A stretch of 64,000 bases of DNA from Candidatus Atelocyanobacterium thalassae (GCA_051971635.1 JBFPLN010000006.1:1-64000), one strand, 5' to 3'; positions 43,101-53,676 are shown, numbered from the stretch's first letter. Notes: generated by a model from the letters alone, not told the origin. Made by a program: numbers and translations.

Positions 43101-43718
43101 TTCTTCCCTATCCCTAACTTCTTCCAAAGTTTCTTTTGTTTTATTGATTTTTCGATCAAATTCTGCTACCCCAGCAAGTTCGTCAATAATAATTCGCCTT
43201 TCTTTAGAGTTCATACTAATAATGTTAGTAACATCTCCTTGCAGAACGACATTATATCCTTCAGGATAAATACGAAAGCGATTTAATTCCTCATGAAGCT
43301 CATTAACATTACAGGATCTTTCATTAATATAATAATTAGAAGAATAACTTCCTCCTTTTGTAACACGTAAGCGTCTTGTCACCTTCCACTCATTCTTATT
43401 GGTTGTACTGTCTCCTTTTTGTACTGTTTTTAATGATACTTTTGAACTTGAATAATCAGAAATGTCAAATGTAACAGAAACGTAGGCTTCTCGACTATTA
43501 CGATTACTGTTACTATGATTGATTAGATCTGGTAATCTTTCAGCTCTTAATCCTTTAGAAGTGGCTAAACCAAGACAAAATAATAATGCATCTAAGATGT
43601 TAGATTTACCTGAACCGTTAGGACCAGATACTACGGTAAATCCAGGTAAAAATGGAATAGATGTAGTTCCACCAAAAGATTTAAAATGAGATAGTTCAAT
43701 GCGCTTAATATGAACCAT
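40128..43718 (-). CDS. smc: Chromosome segregation protein SMC
   Basis: FKSF, GPNGSGKSN, hinge GRATFLPL, MSGGEKS, FDEVD; long coiled coils; start ATG 43718. Confidence 0.98.
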   Translation of the reverse strand: MVHIKRIELSHFKSFGGTTSIPFLPGFTVVSGPNGSGKSNILDALLFCLGLATSKGLRAERLPDLINHSNSNRNSREAYVSVTFDISDYSSSKVSLKTVQKGDSTTNKNEWKVTRRLRVTKGGSYSSNYYINERSCNVNELHEELNRFRIYPEGYNVVLQGDVTNIISMNSKERRIIIDELAGVAEFDRKINKTKETLEEVRDREERCKIIQVELEKSLERLAADRIKAEKYQKLKQEISKRKEWEAILLWKSLLKKISNLKIQKLNDEESEKNLTEINLDLKTRLGKINVDLKSLNFQVKALGEDERLIIASNLATYKAQLYQLQKQKKESFCTIETIRLEEKEIAKIILQRERELAVLNQNSNKLQQDLLPLLKEQKSRSYNTLQKVRKQASIIAETSDSWIKEQGNLNIKIASLQNKLNPQLAQKAKLTERYQQILNNLEKEEEQLKESEEEIYLQHKELEKLSSSDTEETQNIIKILDIEKRDHNIKEETQLRLNKEYREKQRQVDRLEASRQAKQEIQGTYASKFILNSDLSGVCGLVAELGQVDTRYQLALEIAAGSRLGHVVVENDTIAIAGINILKKAKAGRATFLPLTKIRSYSQQGNHNLKNTPGFIGLAVELVICNPEYEKVFSYIFNNTAVFETIDYAKKCLGKQRIVTLDGDLLEASGAMTGGSKPQRSSIRFGILNQGEPEEIKIFKQRLIDIENLVFKNEENIQIGAKKIKYLSDKLIKAQQLEREQQLKHQQVIKEIEKLKKYRKDLEFKISNHKEEEKNLENELTDIKNTSFLLEEELSEKQKQIKNIEKTHSHSEWQEIQVLIKDQENHLQDREVELSRGKEKFQEIRNQITSMKHKIHEDELKVKLNQQHILDIENQQIDIKDKIHKLSIEIESLEVSLEQLNRTLHDTKTKRDCLEEKCKILEKEYQSNIWTLEKLQTKQKERQKTLSILEKEEEIVKSNLPDPLPEVSWLSELNESLDDLLSHTEKLQKEIYKKQKYLESMEPVNMLALEEYAKVQERLNELTNKLVIIEEERTELLLRIENFTTLRLRSFKESFDTVNDNFKKIFATLSQGDGHLQLDDEEDPFKGGLNLVAHPKGKPVQRLSSMSGGEKSLTALSFIFSLQQYRPSPFYAFDEVDMFLDGANVERLSQMIHKQAQKAQFIVVSLRRPMIEASQRTIGVTQARGAHTQVLGIKL

Positions 43719-43966
43719 GGCGCGATAGTAGTAATGCAATCGAAAAAATTAGAAGTAATTTAGATATAATTTTATATATCTAAATTTAAAAGACTCTTTC
43801 AAAGATATATAGGTTGCTAATAACTCATAAAAATTGAAAGAACCTTTAAATAATATTTATAAGCTTTTTAAAAAACTTATATTTAACATAAACCATATAA
43901 ATGATTATAGATGATTTTTCGAACTATTTAGTTTTAGGTCTTTATATTTGTTTGTATAAAAATATA

Positions 43967-44911
43967 TTAACTTTTTATTACTTTTATACCGCTATTTGAA
44001 AACTTACTTATAAATAATTCTAGATTAGAATCTTGAAGAGTTTGTTTGATTGAATTCCTGATGTTTTGGGCTTCTTCGTAAGATTGACATAATGTAAATA
44101 TAGTGGGGCCTGATCCTGACATCATAGTACCTAAACCACCTGCTTTCTTCATGAAAAACTTCAATTCAGTAATTGATAAGTGTTCAGATAACACAGCTTT
44201 TTCTAAATCATTATGTAATGATTCTCCAATCTTTTTACCATTTTTATCACCAATAGCATTAACAAGAGATTTAAAGTTATTATTTTCACTGTCATTATCA
44301 ACTTTTTCATATTTTTCATAATGCTTACCAAATCGCTCTTTATAGTTTTGGTAAGCCCAAGGAGTAGAAATAGAAAAATTTTGATATTTTGCTAAAACTA
44401 TCCATAGGTTATCTAGACTTTCTATTGATTCTAATATTTCACCTTTTCCTCTAGCGATCGCAGTTCCTCCATTAATACAAAATGGAACATCAGAGCCTAA
44501 GCTTGCTGCTAATTCCTGCAATTCAGTTGTATTTAATTTCAGTTTCCACAATAAATTTAATGCTAATAAAACTGCGGCTCCGTCAGTTGATCCTCCTGCT
44601 AATCCAGCAGCTACAGGTATACACTTATTAATAACAATATCAATTCCTCCATAATTATCAAAAGATTTGGGGAATTTTTTGATAATTATTTGAGTAGCAC
44701 GATAAGTAATATTCGTTTCATTTAAAGGAACTAAGGAGTTATTACAATATAGATTAATATCTGTAGTTCCATTAAAGTTTATTCTAATATAATCACTTAA
44801 TTCAATGCTCTGTAAAACCATTATTAACTCATGATAGTGATCAGCTCTTTCGCCAAGAATTTCTAGAAACAGATTAATCTTAGCTGGAGCAGCTAAGTTA
44901 CAAATTTTCAT
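43967..44911 (-). CDS. ispE: 4-diphosphocytidyl-2-C-methyl-D-erythritol kinase
   Basis: APAKINL, PVAAGLAGGSTD, GSDVPF, MSGSGPT. Confidence 0.96.
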   Translation of the reverse strand: MKICNLAAPAKINLFLEILGERADHYHELIMVLQSIELSDYIRINFNGTTDINLYCNNSLVPLNETNITYRATQIIIKKFPKSFDNYGGIDIVINKCIPVAAGLAGGSTDGAAVLLALNLLWKLKLNTTELQELAASLGSDVPFCINGGTAIARGKGEILESIESLDNLWIVLAKYQNFSISTPWAYQNYKERFGKHYEKYEKVDNDSENNNFKSLVNAIGDKNGKKIGESLHNDLEKAVLSEHLSITELKFFMKKAGGLGTMMSGSGPTIFTLCQSYEEAQNIRNSIKQTLQDSNLELFISKFSNSGIKVIKS

Positions 44912-45039
44912 ATTGTTTGCCCGTAAATAATTTCTAACATAATAATACTAATAAAATTTAGAAATCATGGATTCCTATCCTAAATTATATTTTTATTATT
45001 AAATATACCAAAAATACTTTTTCTATCTTTATCTAGTAA

Positions 45040-45441
45040 TTACGATTTGAGTCTCTCTAGCTCGACAATATAAAATTCTCCGATATCCTTATCCCCAATA
45101 AAGATAGGCTGATATACAATTTCTCCTTTTATTTTTATTGTTTTTCCTATCTCAGGAATTTCATCAAAGGTTTTTAGGACCCATATTGTTCCAGTTTTAT
45201 CTTGAAGCTGGTAAGAACTACCATCTAAAAAAATGGCATAATCTACAACTTTTCCTTTGAAATAAGCAACTTTATGAACCAAATTAGTAGTCATTGGTTT
45301 CTTATCAAAAACTTTTTGAATGGGAGTAATCGAAGCTTGAAAAAGATTAAAATAGTTTATTATTGTATATCCAATCACTGTTCCTACCACAACAAGTAAT
45401 AGAATGATAGTATTAACTTTTTTGATATTTAAAATTTTCAT
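45040..45441 (-). CDS. Membrane-anchored OB-fold hypothetical protein
   Basis: N-terminal TM helix; KGKV..YQLQDKTGTIWV OB-fold pattern. Confidence 0.65.
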   Translation of the reverse strand: MKILNIKKVNTIILLLVVVGTVIGYTIINYFNLFQASITPIQKVFDKKPMTTNLVHKVAYFKGKVVDYAIFLDGSSYQLQDKTGTIWVLKTFDEIPEIGKTIKIKGEIVYQPIFIGDKDIGEFYIVELERLKS

Positions 45442-45839
45442 TAAGTGACAAGAACTATAAAGTTGTATTGATTATTTTAAAACACTTTATTTAGAAAATA
45501 GAACATAATAAAATATTCCTTATTCTTAGTAAAGTTTATATTTTTTGGAACTTAAATACTAGTATAAAAAAAGTTTGGAAAGAATTTAAATAAGATATAA
45601 GATTATACATAAGGATAAACTTATATCTATAAAACTTGTCTTTATGTCGAACTCGATACTTTTTTTAGATTAGTAGTTAGCCTATAGATTTTTAGATTAA
45701 ATTTGAGATATTTAATTAATTTATTTTTAGGAAATCAAAGAAAAAATTAAAATTGGAATGTAATCATAGTTTTAGTTTCATATTTTTCTTAAAATAGTTA
45801 TCATCATTTATAGATATTTGTGAGGATAAACTGAATTCG

Positions 45840-47138
45840 ATGAATACAATAAGCACACTACCAGGAACACGAGATATTTTGCCAGAAGAAATTGGTTATT
45901 GGCAATATGTAGAAGCTGCAATAGCTAAAATTCTTGGTCGTGCAATGTATCATGAAATTCGTTCTCCAATATTTGAAAATACTTCTTTATTTGAAAGAGG
46001 GATAGGAGAGGCTACAGATGTAGTAAGTAAAGAAATGTATACCTTTTCTGATCGTAGTGATCGTCTAGTGACACTTCGACCTGAAGGAACTGCAGGAATT
46101 GTACGTGCTTACTTACAAAACAATTTATATGCCTTGGGTGGGGTTCAACGTCTTTGGTATTCTGGCCCTATGTTTCGTTATGAAAGGCCACAAGCTGGCC
46201 GTCAAAGACAGTTTCATCAAATTGGATTAGAGTTAATTGGGGCGGGAGGTCCTAAAGCAGATGTAGAGGTTATTGCTTTAGCAACAGATATTCTAAAATT
46301 TTTAGGATTAAAAAAATTAAAGTTAAATATTAACTCTATAGGCGACCAATGTGATAGAAGTCTTTACCGAGAAGCATTAACCAATTATTTCCTATCTTAT
46401 AAAGAAGAGTTAGATATTGATTCTCAAAATCGTTTAATGAAGAATCCTTTACGGATTTTAGATAGTAAGAATGAAAAAACTAAAGAAATCAACAAGAATG
46501 CTCCCAATATCTTACACTTTCTTAGCAAAGAATCTCAAAAACACTTTGATGAAGTACAGCAATTATTAACAGATTTAAATATCGATTATCATATTAATCC
46601 ATATCTTGTTAGAGGTTTAGATTACTATACACATACTGCGTTTGAAATTCAGTCTGATGATTTAGGTTCTCAATCTACAGTATGCGGAGGTGGAAGATAT
46701 GATCGATTAATTGAAGAACTTGGTGGAGTATCAACTCCTGCCGTAGGTTGGGCTATAGGAGTAGAAAGATTAATTATTTTACTTAAACAAATTAAATCCC
46801 CTCCTGAACATACTCCTGATATTTATATTATTTCAAAGGGTCAAAAAGCAGAGTCAATTGGGTTGTATTTAGCTCAAAAGTTACGCTATGAAGAATTAGT
46901 TGTTGAGCTAGACATGAGTGGAAGTAACTTTGGAAAACAATTTAAAAGAGCAGATCGTAGTAGAGCATATGTTTGTATAGTTATTGGTGAAGAAGAAGCA
47001 GAAAATAATACATTACAGCTGAAATGGTTATACACTAAGGAACAGGAGACTATGACTAAATTAAACTTCTTATCCTACATTACAAAATTGAAAAGCCAAA
47101 TAAATAAACATAAAGAAATAGATTCGAGTCTCACGTAA
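45840..47138 (+). CDS. hisS: Histidine--tRNA ligase
   Basis: LRPEGTAG, FRYERPQAGRQRQFHQ, VRGLDYY, GGGRYD. Confidence 0.98.
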   Translation: MNTISTLPGTRDILPEEIGYWQYVEAAIAKILGRAMYHEIRSPIFENTSLFERGIGEATDVVSKEMYTFSDRSDRLVTLRPEGTAGIVRAYLQNNLYALGGVQRLWYSGPMFRYERPQAGRQRQFHQIGLELIGAGGPKADVEVIALATDILKFLGLKKLKLNINSIGDQCDRSLYREALTNYFLSYKEELDIDSQNRLMKNPLRILDSKNEKTKEINKNAPNILHFLSKESQKHFDEVQQLLTDLNIDYHINPYLVRGLDYYTHTAFEIQSDDLGSQSTVCGGGRYDRLIEELGGVSTPAVGWAIGVERLIILLKQIKSPPEHTPDIYIISKGQKAESIGLYLAQKLRYEELVVELDMSGSNFGKQFKRADRSRAYVCIVIGEEEAENNTLQLKWLYTKEQETMTKLNFLSYITKLKSQINKHKEIDSSLT

Positions 47139-47266
47139 AAACTGAATTAACTAATAAACAGTGTTACTTTAATTCTTTTACAAAATAATTAAGAACTTTT
47201 TTCCGATTTAGATTGTTTTAGCTACAATATTTTCAATATGCTTTATAAGCTATACAGAAAAAAATA

Positions 47267-47341
47267 ATAAATATCTAATGATGTAGAACAGATTAAAAGT
47301 TTTTAAAGCTTTTAATCTGTCCTACATCATTAGATATTTAT
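47267..47341. repeat. 33-bp-arm near-perfect inverted repeat, probable bidirectional terminator
   Basis: Arms 47267-47299 and 47309-47341 with one mismatch; between convergent hisS and the sxtK-like gene. Confidence 0.85.
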
Positions 47342-47388
47342 ATTAAACCAGTGATATGCAAATTTTAAAAAATTGGATAAATAATGAC

Positions 47389-47550
47389 TTAAAATAGAGT
47401 GTAGATAAAAGGTGCTATTACCGAACCTTGCGTAAATACAATTAGTGCCCCTAATACTACTAAAGTGATTATCAAAGGAGCTAACCAAAATTTTTTGCGC
47501 TCATTGAGAAAGCCCCAAATATCTCTAATAAATTCAATAAATCCAATCAT
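47389..47550 (-). CDS. SxtK-like / DUF5989 small membrane protein (53 aa; not in ORF track)
   Basis: Hand translation MIGFIEFIRDIWGFLNERKKFWLAPLIITLVVLGALIVFTQGSVIAPFIYTLF*; ATG overlaps upstream stop (TAATG). Confidence 0.9.
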   Translation of the reverse strand: MIGFIEFIRDIWGFLNERKKFWLAPLIITLVVLGALIVFTQGSVIAPFIYTLF

Positions 47551-47960
47551 TAATAAGGCTTCTCCATACTTGTTTTGCTTTTAGGTATACTAAATATACG
47601 ATAACTTTCGGTTTTAAATTGAAATTTTCTTCTCATTGCATCATATTTAAGAATTTTCACAAGGAACCCCATAGGAGTTACTACCACAAAAAAAATAATT
47701 CCTAAAATTAATCTACTGTTGATCCATGAAGCTATTTTTGCAAATAGCATCCATCCTTCATAAATTGGTGAAAGAAGATTTGGAGAAACAATAGAAAAAA
47801 TAAGAAAAATTCCGCCAATTATCCAGAAAATTACAGAATAGGAATATTCTAGTAGCATGGGAAGAAAAGAACCAAAAAATAGGATAAAAATAACTCCCAT
47901 TAGTATTCCGAAAGACATTAACTTTTTATTATTCGTTTTTTGATGCATATAATGAAACAT
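47550..47960 (-). CDS. SxtJ family membrane protein
   Basis: L.SFG, PIYEGWM, WINSRLILGIIFFVVVTPMG, ends SMEKPY; between carbamoyltransferase and DUF5989 gene. Confidence 0.85.
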   Translation of the reverse strand: MFHYMHQKTNNKKLMSFGILMGVIFILFFGSFLPMLLEYSYSVIFWIIGGIFLIFSIVSPNLLSPIYEGWMLFAKIASWINSRLILGIIFFVVVTPMGFLVKILKYDAMRRKFQFKTESYRIFSIPKSKTSMEKPY

Positions 47961-47978
47961 ACTTTTATTATTTAAAAA

Positions 47979-49820
47979 TTAATCTAATTCAAACTCATTT
48001 TGCCAGGATTTATCATTTTTCCATTGGTTTTGATCTACTTTTTTTAGTATATAGTTATTAATTATCAAATAGTCCATCTCGGTCCTCATGAAGCATCGGT
48101 AAGCGTCCTCAGGTGTACAAACAATAGGCTCACCTCTTACATTAAAAGATGTATTGATTAAAACTCCACATCCTGTTAGAGCCTCAAATTGTTTAATCAA
48201 CTTATAATATCTCGAATTTTTCGTAGGATTAACTGTTTGTACCCTAGCTGAGTAATCAACATGAGTAACTGCAGGAATAGTTGATCGAATTGCCTTTAAT
48301 TTATCTATGCCAAACAAGTTTTCAGTTTTTTCTTGATCATAGACGTGTAGTTCTTTTTTAACTTTAGCGACTAACAGCATATAGTCACTAGATTTTTCCA
48401 ATTCAAAGTACTTTGAAGTTTTTTCTGTTAATACAGAAGGTGCAAAAGGGCGAAAAGATTCCCTATATTTAATTTTCAGATTCATAATGGACTGCATCTC
48501 TCGATTTCGTGGATCACCAAGAATGGAACGATTTCCCAGTGCTCGAGGACCAAACTCCATACGTCCCTGAAACCAGCCTACAACATATCCTTTAGATAGA
48601 ATTGATGCTACCTCGTTGAGAAGATTATCTTCTTCTATAAAGTAATCATACTTAGCTTTTACGTTATCAAGATACTCTCGGACTTCATCATCATCAAATT
48701 GAGGACCTAGATAAGAACCTTGCATCATATCAGAGTTACTTATGTAACGTTGGTTATCAAGATACTGATACCAAACTGCTAATGCGGCACCAACGGCACC
48801 ACCAGCATCTCCGGCCGCAGGTTGTATCCAAATATTTTTGAATTTTCCTTGCTCAGATATCTTTCCGTTAGCAACACAGTTTAAGGCAACTCCACCAGCC
48901 AAACAAAGGTTATCTATCTTTAGTTCTTGGTAAGCTGTGTTAGTTAGCCTCAAAATTACTTCTTCAGTTACTTTTTGAATAGAAGCAGCAATATCCATTT
49001 CATGTTGTGTAATTTTATTTTCTGCTTTACGAGGAGGGTGCCCAAAAAGATTAGAAAATTTATTACTAATCATTTTTAATCCCGTTGCATAATTGAAATA
49101 CTTCATGTTTAGGCGAAAGCTACCATCTGTTTTTATATCGATTAGATTCTCTAAAATTAAATTAAAATATCTTGGTTCTCCATAAGGGGCTAATCCCATT
49201 AGCTTATACTCTCCAGAATTAACCTTAAATCCAGTATAGTAAGTAAAAGCAGAATATAATAATCCTAAAGAATGAGGAAAATGAAGTTCCCATTTAGGTG
49301 TTATCTTATTCGATTCTCCAAGCCATAAAGATGTTGTTGCCCATTCTCCAACAGCATCTAAACATAAGATTGCTGCATTTTCAAAGGGACTAGGGAAAAA
49401 AGCAGAGGCAACGTGTGATTGATGATGTTCTGTAAATAATAGAGGAGGAAGTTGATTAACTTTACAATTATCTAGTCTTGCCAACTCTTTTTTAAGAATT
49501 GTTTTTAAGTAAAGTTTTTCCTTTAGCCATACTGTCATGGCAGAAACGAAAGAATAGAATCCTTGAGGAGCATATGCTATGTAAGTTTCTAAAAGACGCT
49601 CAAAAGTTATTAAAGGCTTCTCGTAAAAAACAATATAATCTAATTTTCTCAGAGGTATTTTTGCTTCTTCTAATACATAAGCAATAGCATTTTTAGGAAA
49701 TGTTGCATCATGTTTTTTACGAGTAAATCTTTCTTCTTGTGCAGCAGCAATAATACTACCTGACTTTACCAAAGCCGCTGCACTATCGTGGTAGTAAGCA
49801 GAAATTCCTAAAATGTTCAT
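47979..49820 (-). CDS. O-carbamoyltransferase (NodU/CmcH/SxtI family)
   Basis: YHDSAA, QEERFTRKKHD, EHHQSH, EYKLMGLAPYG, EFGPRALGNRS, RESFRPFAP, NTSFNVRGEP. Confidence 0.95.
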   Translation of the reverse strand: MNILGISAYYHDSAAALVKSGSIIAAAQEERFTRKKHDATFPKNAIAYVLEEAKIPLRKLDYIVFYEKPLITFERLLETYIAYAPQGFYSFVSAMTVWLKEKLYLKTILKKELARLDNCKVNQLPPLLFTEHHQSHVASAFFPSPFENAAILCLDAVGEWATTSLWLGESNKITPKWELHFPHSLGLLYSAFTYYTGFKVNSGEYKLMGLAPYGEPRYFNLILENLIDIKTDGSFRLNMKYFNYATGLKMISNKFSNLFGHPPRKAENKITQHEMDIAASIQKVTEEVILRLTNTAYQELKIDNLCLAGGVALNCVANGKISEQGKFKNIWIQPAAGDAGGAVGAALAVWYQYLDNQRYISNSDMMQGSYLGPQFDDDEVREYLDNVKAKYDYFIEEDNLLNEVASILSKGYVVGWFQGRMEFGPRALGNRSILGDPRNREMQSIMNLKIKYRESFRPFAPSVLTEKTSKYFELEKSSDYMLLVAKVKKELHVYDQEKTENLFGIDKLKAIRSTIPAVTHVDYSARVQTVNPTKNSRYYKLIKQFEALTGCGVLINTSFNVRGEPIVCTPEDAYRCFMRTEMDYLIINNYILKKVDQNQWKNDKSWQNEFELD

Positions 49821-50435
49821 TTTAAATTTAGTTCCTCACCTTAATTTGATAAAACATAACTCATTGCAAAAAATTTTAGATTATATAAAATTCTAATATT
49901 TTAATTAATCGACGAACCATAGCTTTAATTTAAAAAAATAAATTTTAAATACAATTATTTTTTATTTAAAATAATATTGACATTGTTCAAATATAACCTA
50001 ATCTTTCTTCTTAAATAACCGAAATTATTAAAATAGAGGAAATATTTTGTTTAATTATAATTTTTTATACAAATTAAAATATAATTAATTTATTACACAA
50101 ACCTTCAAAATATTTTTTTATTTAGGTTTGTTTTTAGAAATATATTAACTAGTAATTAAGTAGAAAAACCATAGCATATATAAGATTGAAATATATCATT
50201 TCAAAAGAGTTAGATTTTATCTAACAATATAGAATTTTAAAAAGACGTAATCGTTTGGTCCATAAAATATAAAATGATTCTTAAAAAAAAATCTAGCAAT
50301 GGAGAACATAATCAAATTTTGTATAAATAGAGGACAATAAAAAATATTCTTAGTTTTTGTTATTTGGGTATTCAATCTTTTCAATCCTATTAAAGATTAA
50401 TATAATAATATTTAATATTTCAATTTAAATTTTAG

Positions 50436-52223
50436 ATGCGAACTCATTACTGTAATCAATTAGGTACGATAGATCTTGATACGATTGTTACTCTTTTCGG
50501 ATGGGTTGATCGCCGTCGAGATCATGGAGGAGTTATTTTTATTGATTTGCGAGACCATACTGGTATTATTCAGATCGTCAGTGACCCAAAACATGATTCC
50601 CTATCTTATAAAACTGCCGAGAGATTGCGTAACGAATATGTTATTAAGATTATAGGTAGAGTTAGTCGGCGTCCTTCAGAATCTTTGAATTCGAAAATTA
50701 AGACTGGAGAATTTGAAATATATGCAGATTCTATTGAGATACTTAACGGAGTTACTAAACAGCTTCCCTTTAGTATTTCAGGTTTAGACGAAGAGTTGAT
50801 AAAAGAAGAAACTCGTCTTAAATATCGTTACTTAGATTTAAGACGAGAAAAAATGTTAAAGAATTTACAGTTACGCCACAAAGTAATAAAGACAATACGT
50901 CACTATCTAGAAGATAACCAAAACTTTATGGAAGTAGAAACTCCTATTTTGACCAGATCTACACCTGAGGGAGCACGAGATTATTTGGTTCCTTCTAGAG
51001 TTAGTTCTGGACAATGGTATGCTTTACCTCAATCTCCCCAGTTGTTCAAACAGATGCTTATGGTATCAGGTTGTGATCGTTACTATCAGATAGCAAGATG
51101 CTTTCGTGATGAAGATTTAAGAGCTGATCGACAGCCAGAATTTACGCAACTAGACATGGAAATGAGTTTTATGTCTGAAGAGGAGATATTAGACTTAAAT
51201 GAAGGTTTAATTTGTCATATATTCAAAACTATTAAAAATGTAGAACTATCTCGTCCTTTTCCTCGTTTAACATATCAACATGCTATGGAAAAATACGGGA
51301 CAGACTGTCCAGATACTCGCTTTGATTTAACTTTAGTTGATGTATCTGAAATATTCCAAGATAGTGAATTTAAAGTATTTTCAGAAGCAGTTAGGAATTT
51401 AGGGAGCATAAAAGTTTTGCCTATCCCTGAAGGAAATAATATTATCTCTAATGTCCGAATTAAGTCAGGTGGGGACTTGTTTCAAGAGGTAATAGAAGTA
51501 GGCGGGAAAGGAATCATTTATATTCGAGTAAAAGAAGATTATAAAATAGAAGCTATTGGAGCCGTAAAAGACAATTTAACTGATGAGCAAAAAAAAGTTT
51601 TATTAGAGAAAACAGGTGCTAAGCCTGGCCATCTATTATTAATTAGTGCCGGAAGCACAGTAATGGTTAATAAATCTTTATCCCGTTTAAGATTAATAAT
51701 TGGGAAACAAATGAATCTTATTAATAAAAATAAAATGAATTTATTGTGGGTTACAGAGTTTCCGTTATTTGAATGGAATTCTGATGAACAACGCTTAGAA
51801 TCATTACATCATCCATTTACTTGTCCTAATTTGTCAGACTTAGAAAATCTGCCTACAGCTAGAGCACAAGCTTATGATTTGATATTTAATGGGATAGAAG
51901 TTGGTGGTGGAAGTTTAAGGATTTATAAAAGGGATCTTCAAGAAAATATATTTAAAGCTATTGGTTTATCGAAAGAGGAAATTCATAATAAATTTCAATT
52001 TATATTAGATGCTTTTGAATATGGAGCCCCTCCTCATGGAGGAATAGCTTATGGACTAGACCGGTTAGTAATGTTATTGGCAGAAGAAGACTCTATTCGT
52101 GATGTCATAGCATTTCCAAAAACTCAACAAGCAAGCTGTCTACTTACAGATTCTCCTTCTTTTGTAGACTCTAAACAATTGAAAGAATTACAAGTAACTT
52201 CAACCTATCAGTCTAAAAATTAG
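50436..52223 (+). CDS. aspS: Aspartate--tRNA ligase (probably non-discriminating Asp/Asn)
   Basis: [48 protein letters not shown]. Confidence 0.97.
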   Translation: MRTHYCNQLGTIDLDTIVTLFGWVDRRRDHGGVIFIDLRDHTGIIQIVSDPKHDSLSYKTAERLRNEYVIKIIGRVSRRPSESLNSKIKTGEFEIYADSIEILNGVTKQLPFSISGLDEELIKEETRLKYRYLDLRREKMLKNLQLRHKVIKTIRHYLEDNQNFMEVETPILTRSTPEGARDYLVPSRVSSGQWYALPQSPQLFKQMLMVSGCDRYYQIARCFRDEDLRADRQPEFTQLDMEMSFMSEEEILDLNEGLICHIFKTIKNVELSRPFPRLTYQHAMEKYGTDCPDTRFDLTLVDVSEIFQDSEFKVFSEAVRNLGSIKVLPIPEGNNIISNVRIKSGGDLFQEVIEVGGKGIIYIRVKEDYKIEAIGAVKDNLTDEQKKVLLEKTGAKPGHLLLISAGSTVMVNKSLSRLRLIIGKQMNLINKNKMNLLWVTEFPLFEWNSDEQRLESLHHPFTCPNLSDLENLPTARAQAYDLIFNGIEVGGGSLRIYKRDLQENIFKAIGLSKEEIHNKFQFILDAFEYGAPPHGGIAYGLDRLVMLLAEEDSIRDVIAFPKTQQASCLLTDSPSFVDSKQLKELQVTSTYQSKN

Positions 52224-52322
52224 AAAAATTAACGAAAGAAAATTAATTATTTTTTATTAAAATTTAATTTATTTTATCTAGATCACAATTAAGAAGAATC
52301 ACAAGTAATCATTCTATGGTCA

Positions 52323-53477
52323 TTAATCTTTATTAACCATGACCATCGAATCTTGACCATTTTCTCTAATCACACGGATTAATAAAGCTGCTAAAGTTAA
52401 ACTAGCAATGATTGAACTTCCTCCATAACTCCACAAAGGTAATGGCAAGCCAGTTGTCGGTAACAATCCAATTGTTACGCCAATATTCAACAGGGCTTGA
52501 CCTACCATCATGATCATACTACCAACAGCTATTAATCTTTTGACTGGATGAATACAATTTATCAACACTTTTAATGTAAAGGTTGCATATACAAATAACA
52601 ATAAGAGTAAGAACATACCTCCTAAAAAACCGAATTCTTCAGCATAAACTGAAAAAATAAAATCAGTGTAATGAATCGGGAGGTAAGACCATTTCTGTAT
52701 AGATTGTCCATATCCTAATCCAAAAATACCTCCAGACCCTATAGCTATTAAACTTTGTATTAATTGATAACCGTCAGTTTTAGCTATTTCATCTCTCCAA
52801 GGATCAAGGAATGATAAAATTCTTCTCAATTGATATCTATGAGTATAGACACTGAATGAAGCAGCTGATAAACCACTAATAGCTGCTGTCATTAAGTATC
52901 TTACAGGAATTCCAGAAGCAAGAGCAATTAACCATAAGCTAATACCACATAAGGCTGTAGTACTTAAATTAGGTTGTATTAAGATACCTGCCAAAACAGC
53001 TGAAAATATTAACATCCACTGTATCTTAAGACGTAATGAATGACGATACCAAAAACCAAAGATATAAGCACTTTGTAATACTAAAAATGGTTTAATTAAT
53101 TCTGAAGGCTGAATAATAGCAGGACCTATCTTAATCCAACGAGTAGCGCCATTAACCGTATGGCCTAGACCTGTCTTAGTCAATAAAATTAAACTTAGTA
53201 AGAAAAAAATAAAAAAAGGAACGAACTTCATTAGATATTTTAACGGTATTCTTACAATCATATTAAATCCTTGTAATCCTATCCATATCCAGATAGTTTG
53301 ACGAATGATATAGTGAAAACCATTACCAAAATCTTGTTGAGCACTATGGTAAGATGCAGAAAAAAGAGCAATCATACCTGAAAATAGCCATAAAAAAGTT
53401 AGCCAGCGCAAAAAACGAGCTTCTTTTGGCCATTCTTTAATACTAGGATCAATTATAGGAATAAAAAATCTGAGCAT
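52323..53477 (-). CDS. ftsW: SEDS family peptidoglycan polymerase FtsW
   Basis: NGATRWI, QPSE, YTDFIFSVYAEEFG, PTTGLPLP, SYGGSS. Confidence 0.88.
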   Translation of the reverse strand: MLRFFIPIIDPSIKEWPKEARFLRWLTFLWLFSGMIALFSASYHSAQQDFGNGFHYIIRQTIWIWIGLQGFNMIVRIPLKYLMKFVPFFIFFLLSLILLTKTGLGHTVNGATRWIKIGPAIIQPSELIKPFLVLQSAYIFGFWYRHSLRLKIQWMLIFSAVLAGILIQPNLSTTALCGISLWLIALASGIPVRYLMTAAISGLSAASFSVYTHRYQLRRILSFLDPWRDEIAKTDGYQLIQSLIAIGSGGIFGLGYGQSIQKWSYLPIHYTDFIFSVYAEEFGFLGGMFLLLLLFVYATFTLKVLINCIHPVKRLIAVGSMIMMVGQALLNIGVTIGLLPTTGLPLPLWSYGGSSIIASLTLAALLIRVIRENGQDSMVMVNKD

Positions 53478-53676
53478 GAATAATATACTATTTGAGAGCT
53501 TATGGTAAAGATTAAGTGACTAATTGTTTGCAAAACAAATATGTTAAAGAATTATTCTATATTTTTAGACAGTCAAATTCACTTAGAGATTTACGCATTA
53601 TTGTTCTACTAATATTCTATAGGTTTCTCTTAATAGAAAAATCAGTATTTTTTATATGCATAACATATTGATAAAT

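Noticed and set aside
47389..49820. Saxitoxin biosynthesis cluster
   Set aside because: Only sxtI/J/K-like genes are present; no sxtA, sxtG, sxtB or other core genes in the window, so toxin production is not supported
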